Below are positions 9,920-19,464 of a stretch of DNA of 64,000 nt, piece by piece; the stretch's first letter is position 1; each line of letters begins with the position of its first letter. The translations under genes were made by a program, and so were the position numbers. The notes under the pieces are model-generated. The model saw nothing but the letters and a program-made list of their open reading frames with translations, made no database searches and was not told the origin of the DNA. This DNA comes from Thermoanaerobaculum aquaticum (GTDB taxonomy: Bacteria > Acidobacteriota > UBA4820), in NCBI GenBank assembly GCA_020722885.1, contig DYJZ01000001.1:1144-65143 (forward strand), given 5' to 3'.

Positions 9920-10099
9920 CTAACATTCTCTAAAGTATCCTTCCCGTACCAACAGGAAACCTTCCCTATTCCTAATTCCAGCGACACGTACCCCTCCGTC
10001 GTCTGGACCCCTGTGTTTGAGCATACCAGTCATTTTCAAGATCAAATCAGGGTTTTTGATTTCATTTTTGAAAGATATTATTCCCGCTATCACGCACAT
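9920..10099 (-). pseudogene. asnB: Remnant of asparagine synthetase B (N-terminal 59 aa of the class-II glutamine amidotransferase domain)
   Basis: Minus-strand translation MCVIAGIISFKNEIKNPDLILKMTGMLKHRGPDDGGVRVAGIRNREGFLLVREGYFREC* has the canonical AsnB opening (Met-Cys nucleophile, ...LxHRGPDxxG...). It stops after 59 codons with only 135 nt to the next gene, so the gene is truncated. Local GC is clearly above that of the surroundings. Confidence 0.6.
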
Positions 10100-10108
10100 T
10101 AATTATCT

Positions 10109-12013
10109 TTAAGACCTCATTTCTAAATTCCACTTTGGAACTATTTTCTTCAATCCTATTCTAATCTCTTTCTCATCTTCGCTCTCCATTCTTACCCTTA
10201 GTTCATCTATTAATTCCCGCAAACCACCGGGAAAAAAGCTTCTCGCTACCATAATTTTTTCCCTCACTTTTTGAGTTCTTTCCTCTTCCTCCGTCAATAG
10301 GTCTTCCTGAAGCTTTTCTCCCGGTCTCAATCCTGTAAAAACTATTTTTATATCCTGGTCAGGCACAAGTCCCGCCATCGTTATCATATGCCTTGCAAGG
10401 TCAACGATTTTAATCTGTTCTCCCATATCGAGAATGCAAAGTTCACCATATTTCCCGAGACCTGCAAGTAGAACAAGCCCTACAGCCTCTTTTTTTGTCA
10501 TAAAATATCTCTTGATTTCACGATGGGTAACCGTTACCGGACCACCTTTTGCAATCTGTTTCTTGAACAGTGGCACAACCGAGCCTGCGCTTCCCAGAAC
10601 ATTGCCAAATCTGACAGCACAAAAATGTGTCTCTTTTAGATGTGCTTTATCCCTGACAATAAATTCACCTATTCTTTTTGTTACACCCATAACACTCGTT
10701 GGGTTGACAGCTTTGTCCGTTGAAATGAAAACAAATTTTTCCGCCCTGCATTCCAGTGCCATATCCGATACATTTAGAGTTCCAAAAATATTGTTTTTCA
10801 CAGCCTCTTCAGGCGCACTTTCCATAAGTGGAACATGTTTATGTGCTGCTGCGTGTAGAATATCCTGAGGCATGTACTTTTCACCGAGTCGAAACATCTT
10901 GCCGCGGTCTCTTATATCCGCCACCTCCGGATAAATTTCAACCTCGGGATATTCTTCCTTTAAGTCCCTGTACAGGAAATAGAGTTCGTTTTCATTGATG
11001 TCAACAATTGTTATGCTTTTCGCTCCATATTTTGCTAACTGTCTTGCTATTTCACTTCCTATTGAACCTGCTCCTCCTGTAACAAGTGTCCTTCTTCCTT
11101 TTATTAAATCTCTTATCTCTTCTTCTTTAAATGGGATGCTTTCTCTTGGAAGAAGATCTTCTGGCTGAAGTTCCTGAAGCATTGAGGCGCTAACACTATC
11201 CTGAACATAGGAAAAAGATACAGGCAAGATCTTATATCTTAATTTTAAGTCCTGACACATATCGAGAATCTCTTTTACCTTTTTTGGCTCCAGTCTCGGT
11301 ATTGCAATTAGAATGTCAGTAATTTTTTGCTTTTTTGCAATTTCAGGTATTTTAACTATATCTCCTAAAACTTTTTGGCCGCTTATTATTTTTCCAATTT
11401 TTTGAGGATCATCATCAATAAATCCAACCACTTTGTAAGAATGCTCTTGAGACCTCCTTAGATCTCTCAAAAGAAGTTCGCCCGCACTTCCTGCTCCAAC
11501 TATCAAAGTCCTTTTTATGTTCTTTCCTCTCGACCTTTCAAGTTCAAGTTGAAAGTAGTTTATAAAACGCGGAATAAATCTATACCCCCCGAGGAAAATT
11601 GAGGAAATGAAAAACTCAAGGGCAACAACAGACCTCGGCGGATATGGGAGGTGAAACAAAATCACCGATGACAGGAACAGGAGCGTTCCTGCTGACATTC
11701 CCATTATCACTCTTATACCGTCGTGGAAACCTGAATACCTGAAAGACCATCTGTGCAATTGAAAAAAGAAGTTGCTTATTATTCTTCCCATCAAAACAAA
11801 AGGCAAAAGTTTGGCAAAATTTACCCTTTCAGGTTCAGGTAGATTTCCTTCAAACCTTAACTGATATGCAAAAAAGAAAGAGATGAAAATTAAAATGACA
11901 TCAAAGAAAAAAAGCATCATATATCTCAGGGCAGCACTTTCCAGAATTTTCACAACAATTTCTTTTCCATTACTATTTTCTTTCACCATTATAGCCTCTA
12001 AAAATTTCATCAA
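10109..12013 (-). CDS. Membrane-bound UDP-GlcNAc 4,6-dehydratase of the PglF/CapD/WbpM family
   Basis: N-terminal 4-TM domain. Two Rossmann-type glycine motifs (IVGAGSAGELL and LVTGGAGSIGSEI). SDR catalytic region with Tyr-x3-Lys. Confidence 0.8.
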   Translation of the reverse strand: MMKFLEAIMVKENSNGKEIVVKILESAALRYMMLFFFDVILIFISFFFAYQLRFEGNLPEPERVNFAKLLPFVLMGRIISNFFFQLHRWSFRYSGFHDGIRVIMGMSAGTLLFLSSVILFHLPYPPRSVVALEFFISSIFLGGYRFIPRFINYFQLELERSRGKNIKRTLIVGAGSAGELLLRDLRRSQEHSYKVVGFIDDDPQKIGKIISGQKVLGDIVKIPEIAKKQKITDILIAIPRLEPKKVKEILDMCQDLKLRYKILPVSFSYVQDSVSASMLQELQPEDLLPRESIPFKEEEIRDLIKGRRTLVTGGAGSIGSEIARQLAKYGAKSITIVDINENELYFLYRDLKEEYPEVEIYPEVADIRDRGKMFRLGEKYMPQDILHAAAHKHVPLMESAPEEAVKNNIFGTLNVSDMALECRAEKFVFISTDKAVNPTSVMGVTKRIGEFIVRDKAHLKETHFCAVRFGNVLGSAGSVVPLFKKQIAKGGPVTVTHREIKRYFMTKKEAVGLVLLAGLGKYGELCILDMGEQIKIVDLARHMITMAGLVPDQDIKIVFTGLRPGEKLQEDLLTEEEERTQKVREKIMVARSFFPGGLRELIDELRVRMESEDEKEIRIGLKKIVPKWNLEMRS

Positions 12014-12659
12014 AGTCAGGTTCTTTACACATTCCTGGAATTATAACACCTTCGAGAGTTTTAAAAATTATTTTCATATCATAAAAGAAGCTTCTTTTCT
12101 TAAGGTAGTCTATGTACCCTTCCGCCTTGTACCTGGAAAGAAACCTGCTATAAAACTCTTGAGGATTTTCGCTTTTTGCAAGAAGTTCTTCCTCATTCCT
12201 TAATCTTAATGTAACGGGGTCTGTTATGCCTGGCTTAACCTTTAAAATTATTTTCCACATTTCTGGATGAAGATCTGTATACTCTTTAACTTCCGGTCTT
12301 GGTCCTACAATTGCCATTTCCCCTTTAATTACATTAACTAACTGTGGAAATTCATCCAGTTTCATTTGTCTGAGCAGTTTTCCTATTTTTGTTACCCTTA
12401 TATCATTTTTTGATGTTATTTTTAGACCCTCATTGTTAACTCTCATTGTTCTAAATTTATACAAAAAAAAATCTTCTCCGTTCAATCCAACCCTTTTCTG
12501 CTTAAAAAAAACAGGACCTTTTGAGGTCAGCTTAATTAAAACTGCAACCATTAAAAAAAATGGAAATAGTATTATAAGTCCAATCAGGGCAGAAAGGAAA
12601 TTAAACCAGGAAGGAAGTCCTTTTCTAATTTCTATTTTCTCTGCAAATGTCTCTGACAT
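11973..12659 (-). CDS. Small bacterial sugar transferase (PglC/WbaP C-terminal-domain type initiating undecaprenyl-phosphate phosphoglycosyltransferase)
   Basis: 228 aa with a single N-terminal TM segment. Conserved KFRTM and VGPRPE motifs of the Bac_transf family. Confidence 0.8.
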   Translation of the reverse strand: MSETFAEKIEIRKGLPSWFNFLSALIGLIILFPFFLMVAVLIKLTSKGPVFFKQKRVGLNGEDFFLYKFRTMRVNNEGLKITSKNDIRVTKIGKLLRQMKLDEFPQLVNVIKGEMAIVGPRPEVKEYTDLHPEMWKIILKVKPGITDPVTLRLRNEEELLAKSENPQEFYSRFLSRYKAEGYIDYLKKRSFFYDMKIIFKTLEGVIIPGMCKEPDFDEIFRGYNGERK

Positions 12660-13806
12660 TTTTGATTACATACTCTATCTCTTCGTCTCTCATATCTGGA
12701 AATATCGGAAGACTTACCAATCTTTTGTAGACCTTTGAAGCAACTTCAAAATCTGATTCTTTAAAACCATAAACTTCTCTATAATAGGGATGCATATGAA
12801 GCGGCATCCAGTGGACCGAAGTCATAATGCCTCTTTCCTTGAGTTTTTCAATAAACTCATTCCTGTCTATCTTAAGTTTTTCAAGGTTAAGCCTTATATA
12901 AAAAAGATGCCAGCTGTGAAGTCTGTTACTATCTGTGGGCGGCAATTCAATTTCTTCTATGTCTTTCATATTTTCAATATATTTGTTTGCCACTTCTTCT
13001 CTCTTTTCTCTAAATAATTCCGCCTTCTTCAATTGATGCAGGCCAATCGATGAGGCAACGTCTGTCAAATTGTATTTAAAACCAGGAGCAACAATCTCGT
13101 AATACCAGCTACCAGAGGAGGTGAACCTTTTCCAGGCATCTTTAGAAATACCGTGAAGAGACATTATTCTCATTCTTTCAGCAAGATTTTCTTTGTGAGT
13201 CGTAGCCATCCCCCCTTCACCGGTCGTTATTGTTTTATTTGCGTAAAAAGAAAAACAGGTTACTTCAGAATCTCCTGAACCACAATATTTCCATTTTTCA
13301 TTTTCAGACCTTCTCCAGGCTGCAGGAAAACTGTGCGCTGCATCCTCTACAATCCAGAGATTGTGTTTTTTAGCAAATTCCTGAACTTTAAACATATCTA
13401 CCATCATTCCGCCTATGTGAACGGGAATAATTCCTACAATTTTTATTTTAGATTTTCTAATCCGTTCTTCCGCATCTTCGAGATTAATCTGGAGAGTATC
13501 TCCCAAAACATCGACAAGTACAGGTGTTGCATTAAGATATCTTACAACCTCTGCAGTTGCTGCAAATGTCATTGTCGGAACTAAAACTGCCTCACCTTTT
13601 TGAAGGTGAAGAGCCTCAACAGCAAGATGAAGAGCCGCCGTGCAGGAATTGACAGCCACCGCATAAGGGGCATGAACTGCTTTTGCAAACTCCTCTTCAA
13701 ATCGTTTAGTCTTCGCTCCCGTTGTAAGCCAGCCTGATTTTAAAGTGTTATTAACCTCGTTTAGTTCATCTTCCCCAACTATTGGCCTAAAAAAAGGTAT
13801 TTGCAT
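12625..13806 (-). CDS. DegT/DnrJ/EryC1/StrS-family PLP-dependent sugar aminotransferase (PglE-like)
   Basis: 393 aa. Characteristic N-terminus (...FFRPIVGEDELNEV...). PLP-lysine region SFYANKTITTGEGG. Confidence 0.85.
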   Translation of the reverse strand: MQIPFFRPIVGEDELNEVNNTLKSGWLTTGAKTKRFEEEFAKAVHAPYAVAVNSCTAALHLAVEALHLQKGEAVLVPTMTFAATAEVVRYLNATPVLVDVLGDTLQINLEDAEERIRKSKIKIVGIIPVHIGGMMVDMFKVQEFAKKHNLWIVEDAAHSFPAAWRRSENEKWKYCGSGDSEVTCFSFYANKTITTGEGGMATTHKENLAERMRIMSLHGISKDAWKRFTSSGSWYYEIVAPGFKYNLTDVASSIGLHQLKKAELFREKREEVANKYIENMKDIEEIELPPTDSNRLHSWHLFYIRLNLEKLKIDRNEFIEKLKERGIMTSVHWMPLHMHPYYREVYGFKESDFEVASKVYKRLVSLPIFPDMRDEEIEYVIKNVRDICRENRN

Positions 13807-13820
13807 CTTATCCTTCCATT

Positions 13821-14483
13821 TTAGAGTTTTTTCACCATTCCAATACTTCCATATTCGTCTTTATATTCTACATAACCCAGTCTCTTGTAAAAATTTATTG
13901 CCCTTAAATTATCTTTATGCACAGTTAACCGCATCATATCAAAGCCCAATTCCCTTGCTTTTTCCTCACTTTTAAGCATCATAGCCTGTGCAACGCCTAA
14001 ACCCTTAAATTGAGGAAGGACACAAATGGAGAGAATAGTAAAAGCTTTTTCCTCAATCTCACTCGCCTGTAAATCATTAGAAGTCTTTAAATAATGTGGA
14101 AACATCATTGAAATCAGTGCAATTTTAATTGTTGGGAAAAAACCCTTTTTAAATATGATAAAAGGTTTAAAAATTAAAAGTAAGCATAAGTAAAAGAAAT
14201 TTCTTTTTAAATATCCCCCAAGAGAATTTCTGTATACTCCACCAAAACAAAAACCTATTATTTTTTTTTCAAGAACTGCTACAAGTGAATAAACTTTAGT
14301 ATTGTTAATTGACTGGTAAAGGTAATATCTCTTTATCGCTTCCACTCCCAATGCTGTCAGAAAACTTTCACTAAAAGCAAGTTTGTGAATCTCAGCTATT
14401 TCCTTAAGATCATTATCTACGATCTCACGAATATTTATATCTGGCATATTTTTACTGCAATTATTTTTTTGCTCCATTTTCAT
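13821..14483 (-). CDS. GNAT-family N-acetyltransferase
   Basis: Acetyl-CoA binding motif region (...GLGVAQAMMLKSEEKARELGF...) and C-terminal ...INFYKRLGY typical of GNAT. Confidence 0.6.
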   Translation of the reverse strand: MKMEQKNNCSKNMPDINIREIVDNDLKEIAEIHKLAFSESFLTALGVEAIKRYYLYQSINNTKVYSLVAVLEKKIIGFCFGGVYRNSLGGYLKRNFFYLCLLLIFKPFIIFKKGFFPTIKIALISMMFPHYLKTSNDLQASEIEEKAFTILSICVLPQFKGLGVAQAMMLKSEEKARELGFDMMRLTVHKDNLRAINFYKRLGYVEYKDEYGSIGMVKKL

Positions 14484-14525
14484 ATTTCTCCTTGCTACTT
14501 TTTAAGATGGATTGGCAGATTTTAA

Positions 14526-15173
14526 TTAATCTTTAAAAGCTCTATAACTTTTGATGCTTCTCTTAATGTTTTCCGGCAGGTCTTCCTCTTCCTTTAGGTC
14601 AATACAATAAACTCTTTCTCCTTCCTTTTTATATCTTAAATTACTTTCCGGACAAATTGCAATTCCATCTTTGTCAAAATTCAATTTAATGCCATGTCTG
14701 CTCATAAAACCTGCAAGTTTACCTGGAACACCCACTATGAGCCCATAATCGGGGACATCTTTTGTGACAACACTTCCTGCTGCAATAAAAGCGTATCTCC
14801 CAATTGTTACTCCACAGACAACTGTCGCGTTTGCACCAATTGACGCTCCTCTTTTAATTAAGGTCTTCTCATATAATGAATGTCTGTTTATCTCACTTCT
14901 CGGGTTTGTGACATTTGTTAAAACACAGGAGGGACCAAGAAAAACATAATCCTCAATAATTGTTCCTGTATAAATCGAAACATTGTTCTGAACTTTAACA
15001 TAGTTCCCGATAACCACATTTTCAGCAACATGGCAATTCTGCCCAAAAACACAATTTCTGCCTATTTTTGCTCCCCTCATAATATGGGAAAAATGCCATA
15101 TCTTTGTTCCTTCACCAATTTCACAGGGTTCATCAATCATTGATGTAGGGTGACAATAGTAATTAGTCGTCAT
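14526..15173 (-). CDS. Left-handed beta-helix (hexapeptide-repeat) sugar N-acetyltransferase (WbpD/WlbB or QdtC-like)
   Basis: Tandem hexapeptide repeats ([LIV]-G-x4) across residues about 20-150. The roughly 215-aa size is typical of nucleotide-amino-sugar N-acetyltransferases. Confidence 0.7.
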   Translation of the reverse strand: MTTNYYCHPTSMIDEPCEIGEGTKIWHFSHIMRGAKIGRNCVFGQNCHVAENVVIGNYVKVQNNVSIYTGTIIEDYVFLGPSCVLTNVTNPRSEINRHSLYEKTLIKRGASIGANATVVCGVTIGRYAFIAAGSVVTKDVPDYGLIVGVPGKLAGFMSRHGIKLNFDKDGIAICPESNLRYKKEGERVYCIDLKEEEDLPENIKRSIKSYRAFKD

Positions 15174-16261
15174 TTTATCTCCTTCAAAAACAATTTTATA
15201 GTATTTGAAATGTGAATTCCACTTTTGCCATCTCCATACATTTTTTCATTAAAATAGATTTCCTTCTTTAAAATGGACTTAAATGCCTTTAGGATATTCT
15301 CAGGTTTTGCTCCACAAACCATATTTGCTCCACACCGCTGAAGCTCAATCCACTCTGTCTCATCTCTTAAAGTCAAACAGGGAACTTTATGAAAATATGC
15401 TTCCTTTTGTAATCCCCCAGAATCGGTCAGAACTACCAGTGCTTGGGAAAGAAGAGCCTGTATGTTAAAGTATGATAGTGGTTCAGTAATAATTAAATTT
15501 TCAATATTTTGTGGGACAATATTTTTTATTCTCGGATGCGCTGGAAAAATAAGTTTTATGCCATCCTTTAAAATCAATTTTAATCCCCCAATTATCGAAT
15601 TGAACCTTCCTAAATCATTTGTATTCTCTTCACGATGTACAGTTACAACACCAAATTCTTTCTTTTTAACTCCATATTTACACAGCAAGGCTTGTGAATG
15701 CTTTTTATAACGAGATTTAAACATCTGGAAGGTATCATACATTACATCACCGGTTTTTACTATTCCTTTTGTCAATCCCTCGTTTTTCATATTTTTAACT
15801 GCCTCCTCTGTTGGAGCAAAAAGCAATGATGACATATGATCTGTCAAAACTCTATTTATCTCTTCTGGCATATTCCTGTTGAATGACCTCAACCCAGCTT
15901 CTATGTGAAAAACGGGAATCTTTAATTTAACTGCCGCAAGAGCCCCTGCTAAAGTTGAATTTGTATCACCATAGACTACGACTCCAGCAGGTTTTTCTTT
16001 AACAAGCACTTCTTCAACCTTTTCCAGCATTCTTCCAGTTTGTGCTCCGTGCGACAAAGAACCAATCTTTAAATTGTAATCGGGTTCCGGAATATTAAAT
16101 GTTTCAAAAAATATCTTGGACATTTCATAATCGTAATGTTGTCCTGTGTGAACGATTATTTCTTTTATTAAATTATTTTGAAAAGCCTTTGTCAAAGATA
16201 TTGCTTTGATAAATTGAGGCCTTGCTCCCAATATTGTAACTATCTTATTAGCATATTTCAT
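15170..16261 (-). CDS. UDP-N-acetylglucosamine 2-epimerase (WecB/WbpI-type)
   Basis: N-terminal ...ILGARPQFIKA... then HTGQHYDYEMS, both hallmarks of the UDP-GlcNAc 2-epimerase family. Confidence 0.75.
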   Translation of the reverse strand: MKYANKIVTILGARPQFIKAISLTKAFQNNLIKEIIVHTGQHYDYEMSKIFFETFNIPEPDYNLKIGSLSHGAQTGRMLEKVEEVLVKEKPAGVVVYGDTNSTLAGALAAVKLKIPVFHIEAGLRSFNRNMPEEINRVLTDHMSSLLFAPTEEAVKNMKNEGLTKGIVKTGDVMYDTFQMFKSRYKKHSQALLCKYGVKKKEFGVVTVHREENTNDLGRFNSIIGGLKLILKDGIKLIFPAHPRIKNIVPQNIENLIITEPLSYFNIQALLSQALVVLTDSGGLQKEAYFHKVPCLTLRDETEWIELQRCGANMVCGAKPENILKAFKSILKKEIYFNEKMYGDGKSGIHISNTIKLFLKEIK

Positions 16262-17493
16262 TTATCTGGCTTGTTCACAAATCCCAAAAAATCTGCAGCA
16301 AGTTTGCCATAGTTGTGATATTTTTGAACATATAATTTTCCGTTTTTACCCATCCTACATCTTTCCATCTCACTCATATTCATTAGTGTTAATATGGCCT
16401 GCGCAAGTTTAGAACAATCCTCCGGCTCAACAGTTAATCCACATCTTGCTTCCTTAACAATATCGTTTCCTGCAGATATTCCACAAATAATTGGCTTGCC
16501 AGCCATCATATAGTCAAACAATTTTGTGGGACTTATTCCATATTTATATATATCTCTTTTTTTCCAGCCAATGTACAAAACATCCATTAATTCTAAGATT
16601 ACAGGAACAAAAGGCTTTTGAATATAGGGCAAGAAATGAACATTTTCTAATTCCAATTCATCTCTTAATTTTATCAAGTTATTCTTTTCTGGCCCGCTGC
16701 CAATAAGGACAAAAGAACAGTTTTCATTTTTAATTTTTTTTGCTGCCAATATAAATGTTTCTAAAGAATCAGATATACTGTGAGAACCAAGATAACCAAT
16801 CACAAAGTGCTTTTTTACTTTCAATTTCTCTATTACATCCTTGTAAGGATTCGGAACATTAACTTTTGTATCCCATTCTTCTATTTTAAGCCCATTAGGT
16901 ACATAAAAAATTTTTTCTGCATCAATTCCCTTCATGACACAGTAATCTTTTACAAAGGGAAGAACAGAAATCACCCTGTCTGCACTCTTTAAGGCATATT
17001 TCTCCGCATATTTTGTAAGAACTATGAACGGATGGTAAGGAGACATTCCACCAAGTTCAACAGGAGACAATGGCCACAAGTCATGGATTTCAAATACGGT
17101 TCTCGCACAACATCTCTTCGCAATAAAGTTCACAGCAAACATATCAAAAGGGTAAGTTGACGAACCAATAATAATATCAGGCTTGAAATCCAGAACTATT
17201 TTATTCCATAGCAAAAGTAATTTTATAACAAAAGAAGAAATATTTACAAATCTTAATATATTGTTTTTATTATAGGAGGGAACTTTTATCCAGAAATAGT
17301 CTATACCGTCTATTTTTTCCTTTTCATAAGATTTCTTTATTTTTGGTTGTTCCCCTCTTAAATGAGAAAAAGAAGCGGCTACAATCCTAACTTTGTTTCC
17401 CATTTCTTGCCACTCCTTTGCAAGATAGTAAGGTCTAAATTCCATACCCATTTTGGGTGATCCAGCATAATGATTAATAATTAGAATATTCAT
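16258..17493 (-). CDS. Glycosyltransferase, GT4 family (GT-B fold)
   Basis: C-terminal Glycos_transf_1-like region with the E-x7-E pattern. About 410 aa. Confidence 0.7.
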   Translation of the reverse strand: MNILIINHYAGSPKMGMEFRPYYLAKEWQEMGNKVRIVAASFSHLRGEQPKIKKSYEKEKIDGIDYFWIKVPSYNKNNILRFVNISSFVIKLLLLWNKIVLDFKPDIIIGSSTYPFDMFAVNFIAKRCCARTVFEIHDLWPLSPVELGGMSPYHPFIVLTKYAEKYALKSADRVISVLPFVKDYCVMKGIDAEKIFYVPNGLKIEEWDTKVNVPNPYKDVIEKLKVKKHFVIGYLGSHSISDSLETFILAAKKIKNENCSFVLIGSGPEKNNLIKLRDELELENVHFLPYIQKPFVPVILELMDVLYIGWKKRDIYKYGISPTKLFDYMMAGKPIICGISAGNDIVKEARCGLTVEPEDCSKLAQAILTLMNMSEMERCRMGKNGKLYVQKYHNYGKLAADFLGFVNKPDK

Positions 17494-17498
17494 CTTTC

Positions 17499-18209
17499 TC
17501 AGGACATAAGTCTCAAAACTTGTTGGACACCAATATTTGCAATGGCATCAACTATACTTAATCCTTCAATAAATTCTTCTCTGCGATATTGCTTATAAAC
17601 GACATTATTCCATTTTAAGTAGGTTAACTTTATCCCATTCTGAGCGAATAATTCTTCCCTATGATATTTTACTCCTCCAGCCCCTGAAATATATTCTTTC
17701 CCTCCTAAATGTCTTATTACAGCAACCAGTCTTTCTGTTGGCTCTTCATAATTTGGTAAATTTAATTGACTTGCTATTTTAAATTCTTTATCAAAACCAA
17801 GAATTTTGCATATTCTTTTTATAAACATCATATTAATTTCAGCAATATACCCTGTGTTTATGTCACTAAATAATTCAATTACGGAAGACAATTCCTTAAA
17901 AAAGGGATGTTTGCAGTAAAATTGACATATTGTTTTCAAATGCTTTTCTTTCCAAACAAAGTCTGCTACTTCAACATCCTTAATAAGTGAACCAAACTTC
18001 CCCTTTATTGATACCGGCTGAGTTAGCCATATTTTGCCATTATTTCCTAAGATGTTAGTTCTATTGATGTAACTGTTCTTGCTATACTGAACATTATCTA
18101 AAAAAACAAATACATCACTCCTGCTAATTTTGTTAAAATAACCAAGCCAGGGTAAATAATTGGGTTGATGAATTGCTATTTTCAATCTATTTTTTCCAAA
18201 ATAGCACAA
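17499..18209 (-). CDS. WbqC-like family protein (O-antigen cluster protein of unknown biochemical function)
   Basis: Opening sequence ...KIAIHQPNYLPWLGYFNKI... is the hallmark of the WbqC-like family. Confidence 0.75.
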   Translation of the reverse strand: MCYFGKNRLKIAIHQPNYLPWLGYFNKISRSDVFVFLDNVQYSKNSYINRTNILGNNGKIWLTQPVSIKGKFGSLIKDVEVADFVWKEKHLKTICQFYCKHPFFKELSSVIELFSDINTGYIAEINMMFIKRICKILGFDKEFKIASQLNLPNYEEPTERLVAVIRHLGGKEYISGAGGVKYHREELFAQNGIKLTYLKWNNVVYKQYRREEFIEGLSIVDAIANIGVQQVLRLMS

Positions 18210-18826
18210 TATGTTGGAAAGGCGTTATTAACTATTTTGCAAACAGTTAATGATGGATTCTTAAATCTAATAAGAAATTTTGAAGGATAAAGGAATTTTA
18301 TTTTATAAAAAGGAAAATAATTTAGGAGTTCATGTGGTCCATAAAGTTTAATGCTTAAAATAGAGTTCGGGGATTTTCTTCTGTTTCTTGAATTATCACA
18401 AGCATCTTTGATAATAATAATTTTAGGACCGAATTTACCTATTTCCTTTATATCTCTTAATGACCTTATGGTGTCTAACAGGATAATCGCATCAAAACTT
18501 TCCTCTATAATTTTTGATAAAATCTCAGCATCTTCAATATCTCCATAGAGAAAGCGGTTTGAAGACAATTTAAGTTTAGAATGTTTTTTCTTAAGTGCTT
18601 CAATTGGCAAGTCCAATCCCCAGGCATCAATTCCATTTTCCAATGCCTCTTCAACAAGTAGTCCATATGCACACCCTATATCAAGTGCTTTTTTAACATT
18701 AAGAGCAACCAGCAGGGAAACAATTTTTTTATATAATTGCATCCTTCTGACAAGGTAGGTTTCTTGAAAATCGCTGTTTTCTGAGAATAAGTCATCATAT
18801 TTTTTTTTAAAATCTATAGTATCCAT
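18182..18826 (-). CDS. Class I SAM-dependent methyltransferase
   Basis: Motif I ALDIGCAYGLL. Motif II region ...FDAIILLD. Confidence 0.6.
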   Translation of the reverse strand: MDTIDFKKKYDDLFSENSDFQETYLVRRMQLYKKIVSLLVALNVKKALDIGCAYGLLVEEALENGIDAWGLDLPIEALKKKHSKLKLSSNRFLYGDIEDAEILSKIIEESFDAIILLDTIRSLRDIKEIGKFGPKIIIIKDACDNSRNRRKSPNSILSIKLYGPHELLNYFPFYKIKFLYPSKFLIRFKNPSLTVCKIVNNAFPTYCAILEKID

Positions 18827-19449
18827 CTTATTACCTCGTAAGCTTCGGCGTATTTTTCTCCCACTTGAGTTCCTCTTGTTCTTGCGAGACTTTTCACAAA
18901 TTCTTCTGTGCAGTACGGCCTAAAAGATTGAGATTTATAGCATTTGAGCGATTCTAATTTAGTTGTTAAATGCCTTTCTTCCAGGACGCAGAATCCTTCA
19001 GTTGCAAATGTCAAATTGTTCCATGGAACTTCATAACCTAAAATACTTGATTTTTTAAAGGCACGAAAACCTTCTTCAGCAATTGTTTTGTGGTCCTGAT
19101 GAGTATCATATGTGGAGGGAAGCATCACAAGTTGAGGCTTTATATCATTTTTCAATTTTATCATTTCTTCAAGAATTTCTTGCCGTAGAAAAGGAAAAAT
19201 TCTTACTTCGAAATTAAACACAATTACATTCGTCCTTATGATCCCGAGAACTTTAGTGGCCTCATAAACTTCTTTTATTAAAATATCAGAAGGAAAATTT
19301 AAAGGAACAGATTTTTCAGCTGATGAGAATGCAACGTAAACTACTTCACATTTATTTTCTATTAGTTTTGCAATTGTTCCACCGCAACCAAATTCCCCAT
19401 CATCAGTATGGGGGGCAAGAATCAGACATCTTTTAATATCTTTTATCAT
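18814..19449 (-). CDS. PIG-L/LmbE-family N-acetylglucosaminyl deacetylase
   Basis: N-terminal LILAPHTDDGEFGCGG (Zn-binding HxDD motif) and a downstream H-x2-H region (YDTHQDH). Confidence 0.7.
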   Translation of the reverse strand: MIKDIKRCLILAPHTDDGEFGCGGTIAKLIENKCEVVYVAFSSAEKSVPLNFPSDILIKEVYEATKVLGIIRTNVIVFNFEVRIFPFLRQEILEEMIKLKNDIKPQLVMLPSTYDTHQDHKTIAEEGFRAFKKSSILGYEVPWNNLTFATEGFCVLEERHLTTKLESLKCYKSQSFRPYCTEEFVKSLARTRGTQVGEKYAEAYEVIRWIL

Positions 19450-19464
19450 TAGAGTTCCTTTATT

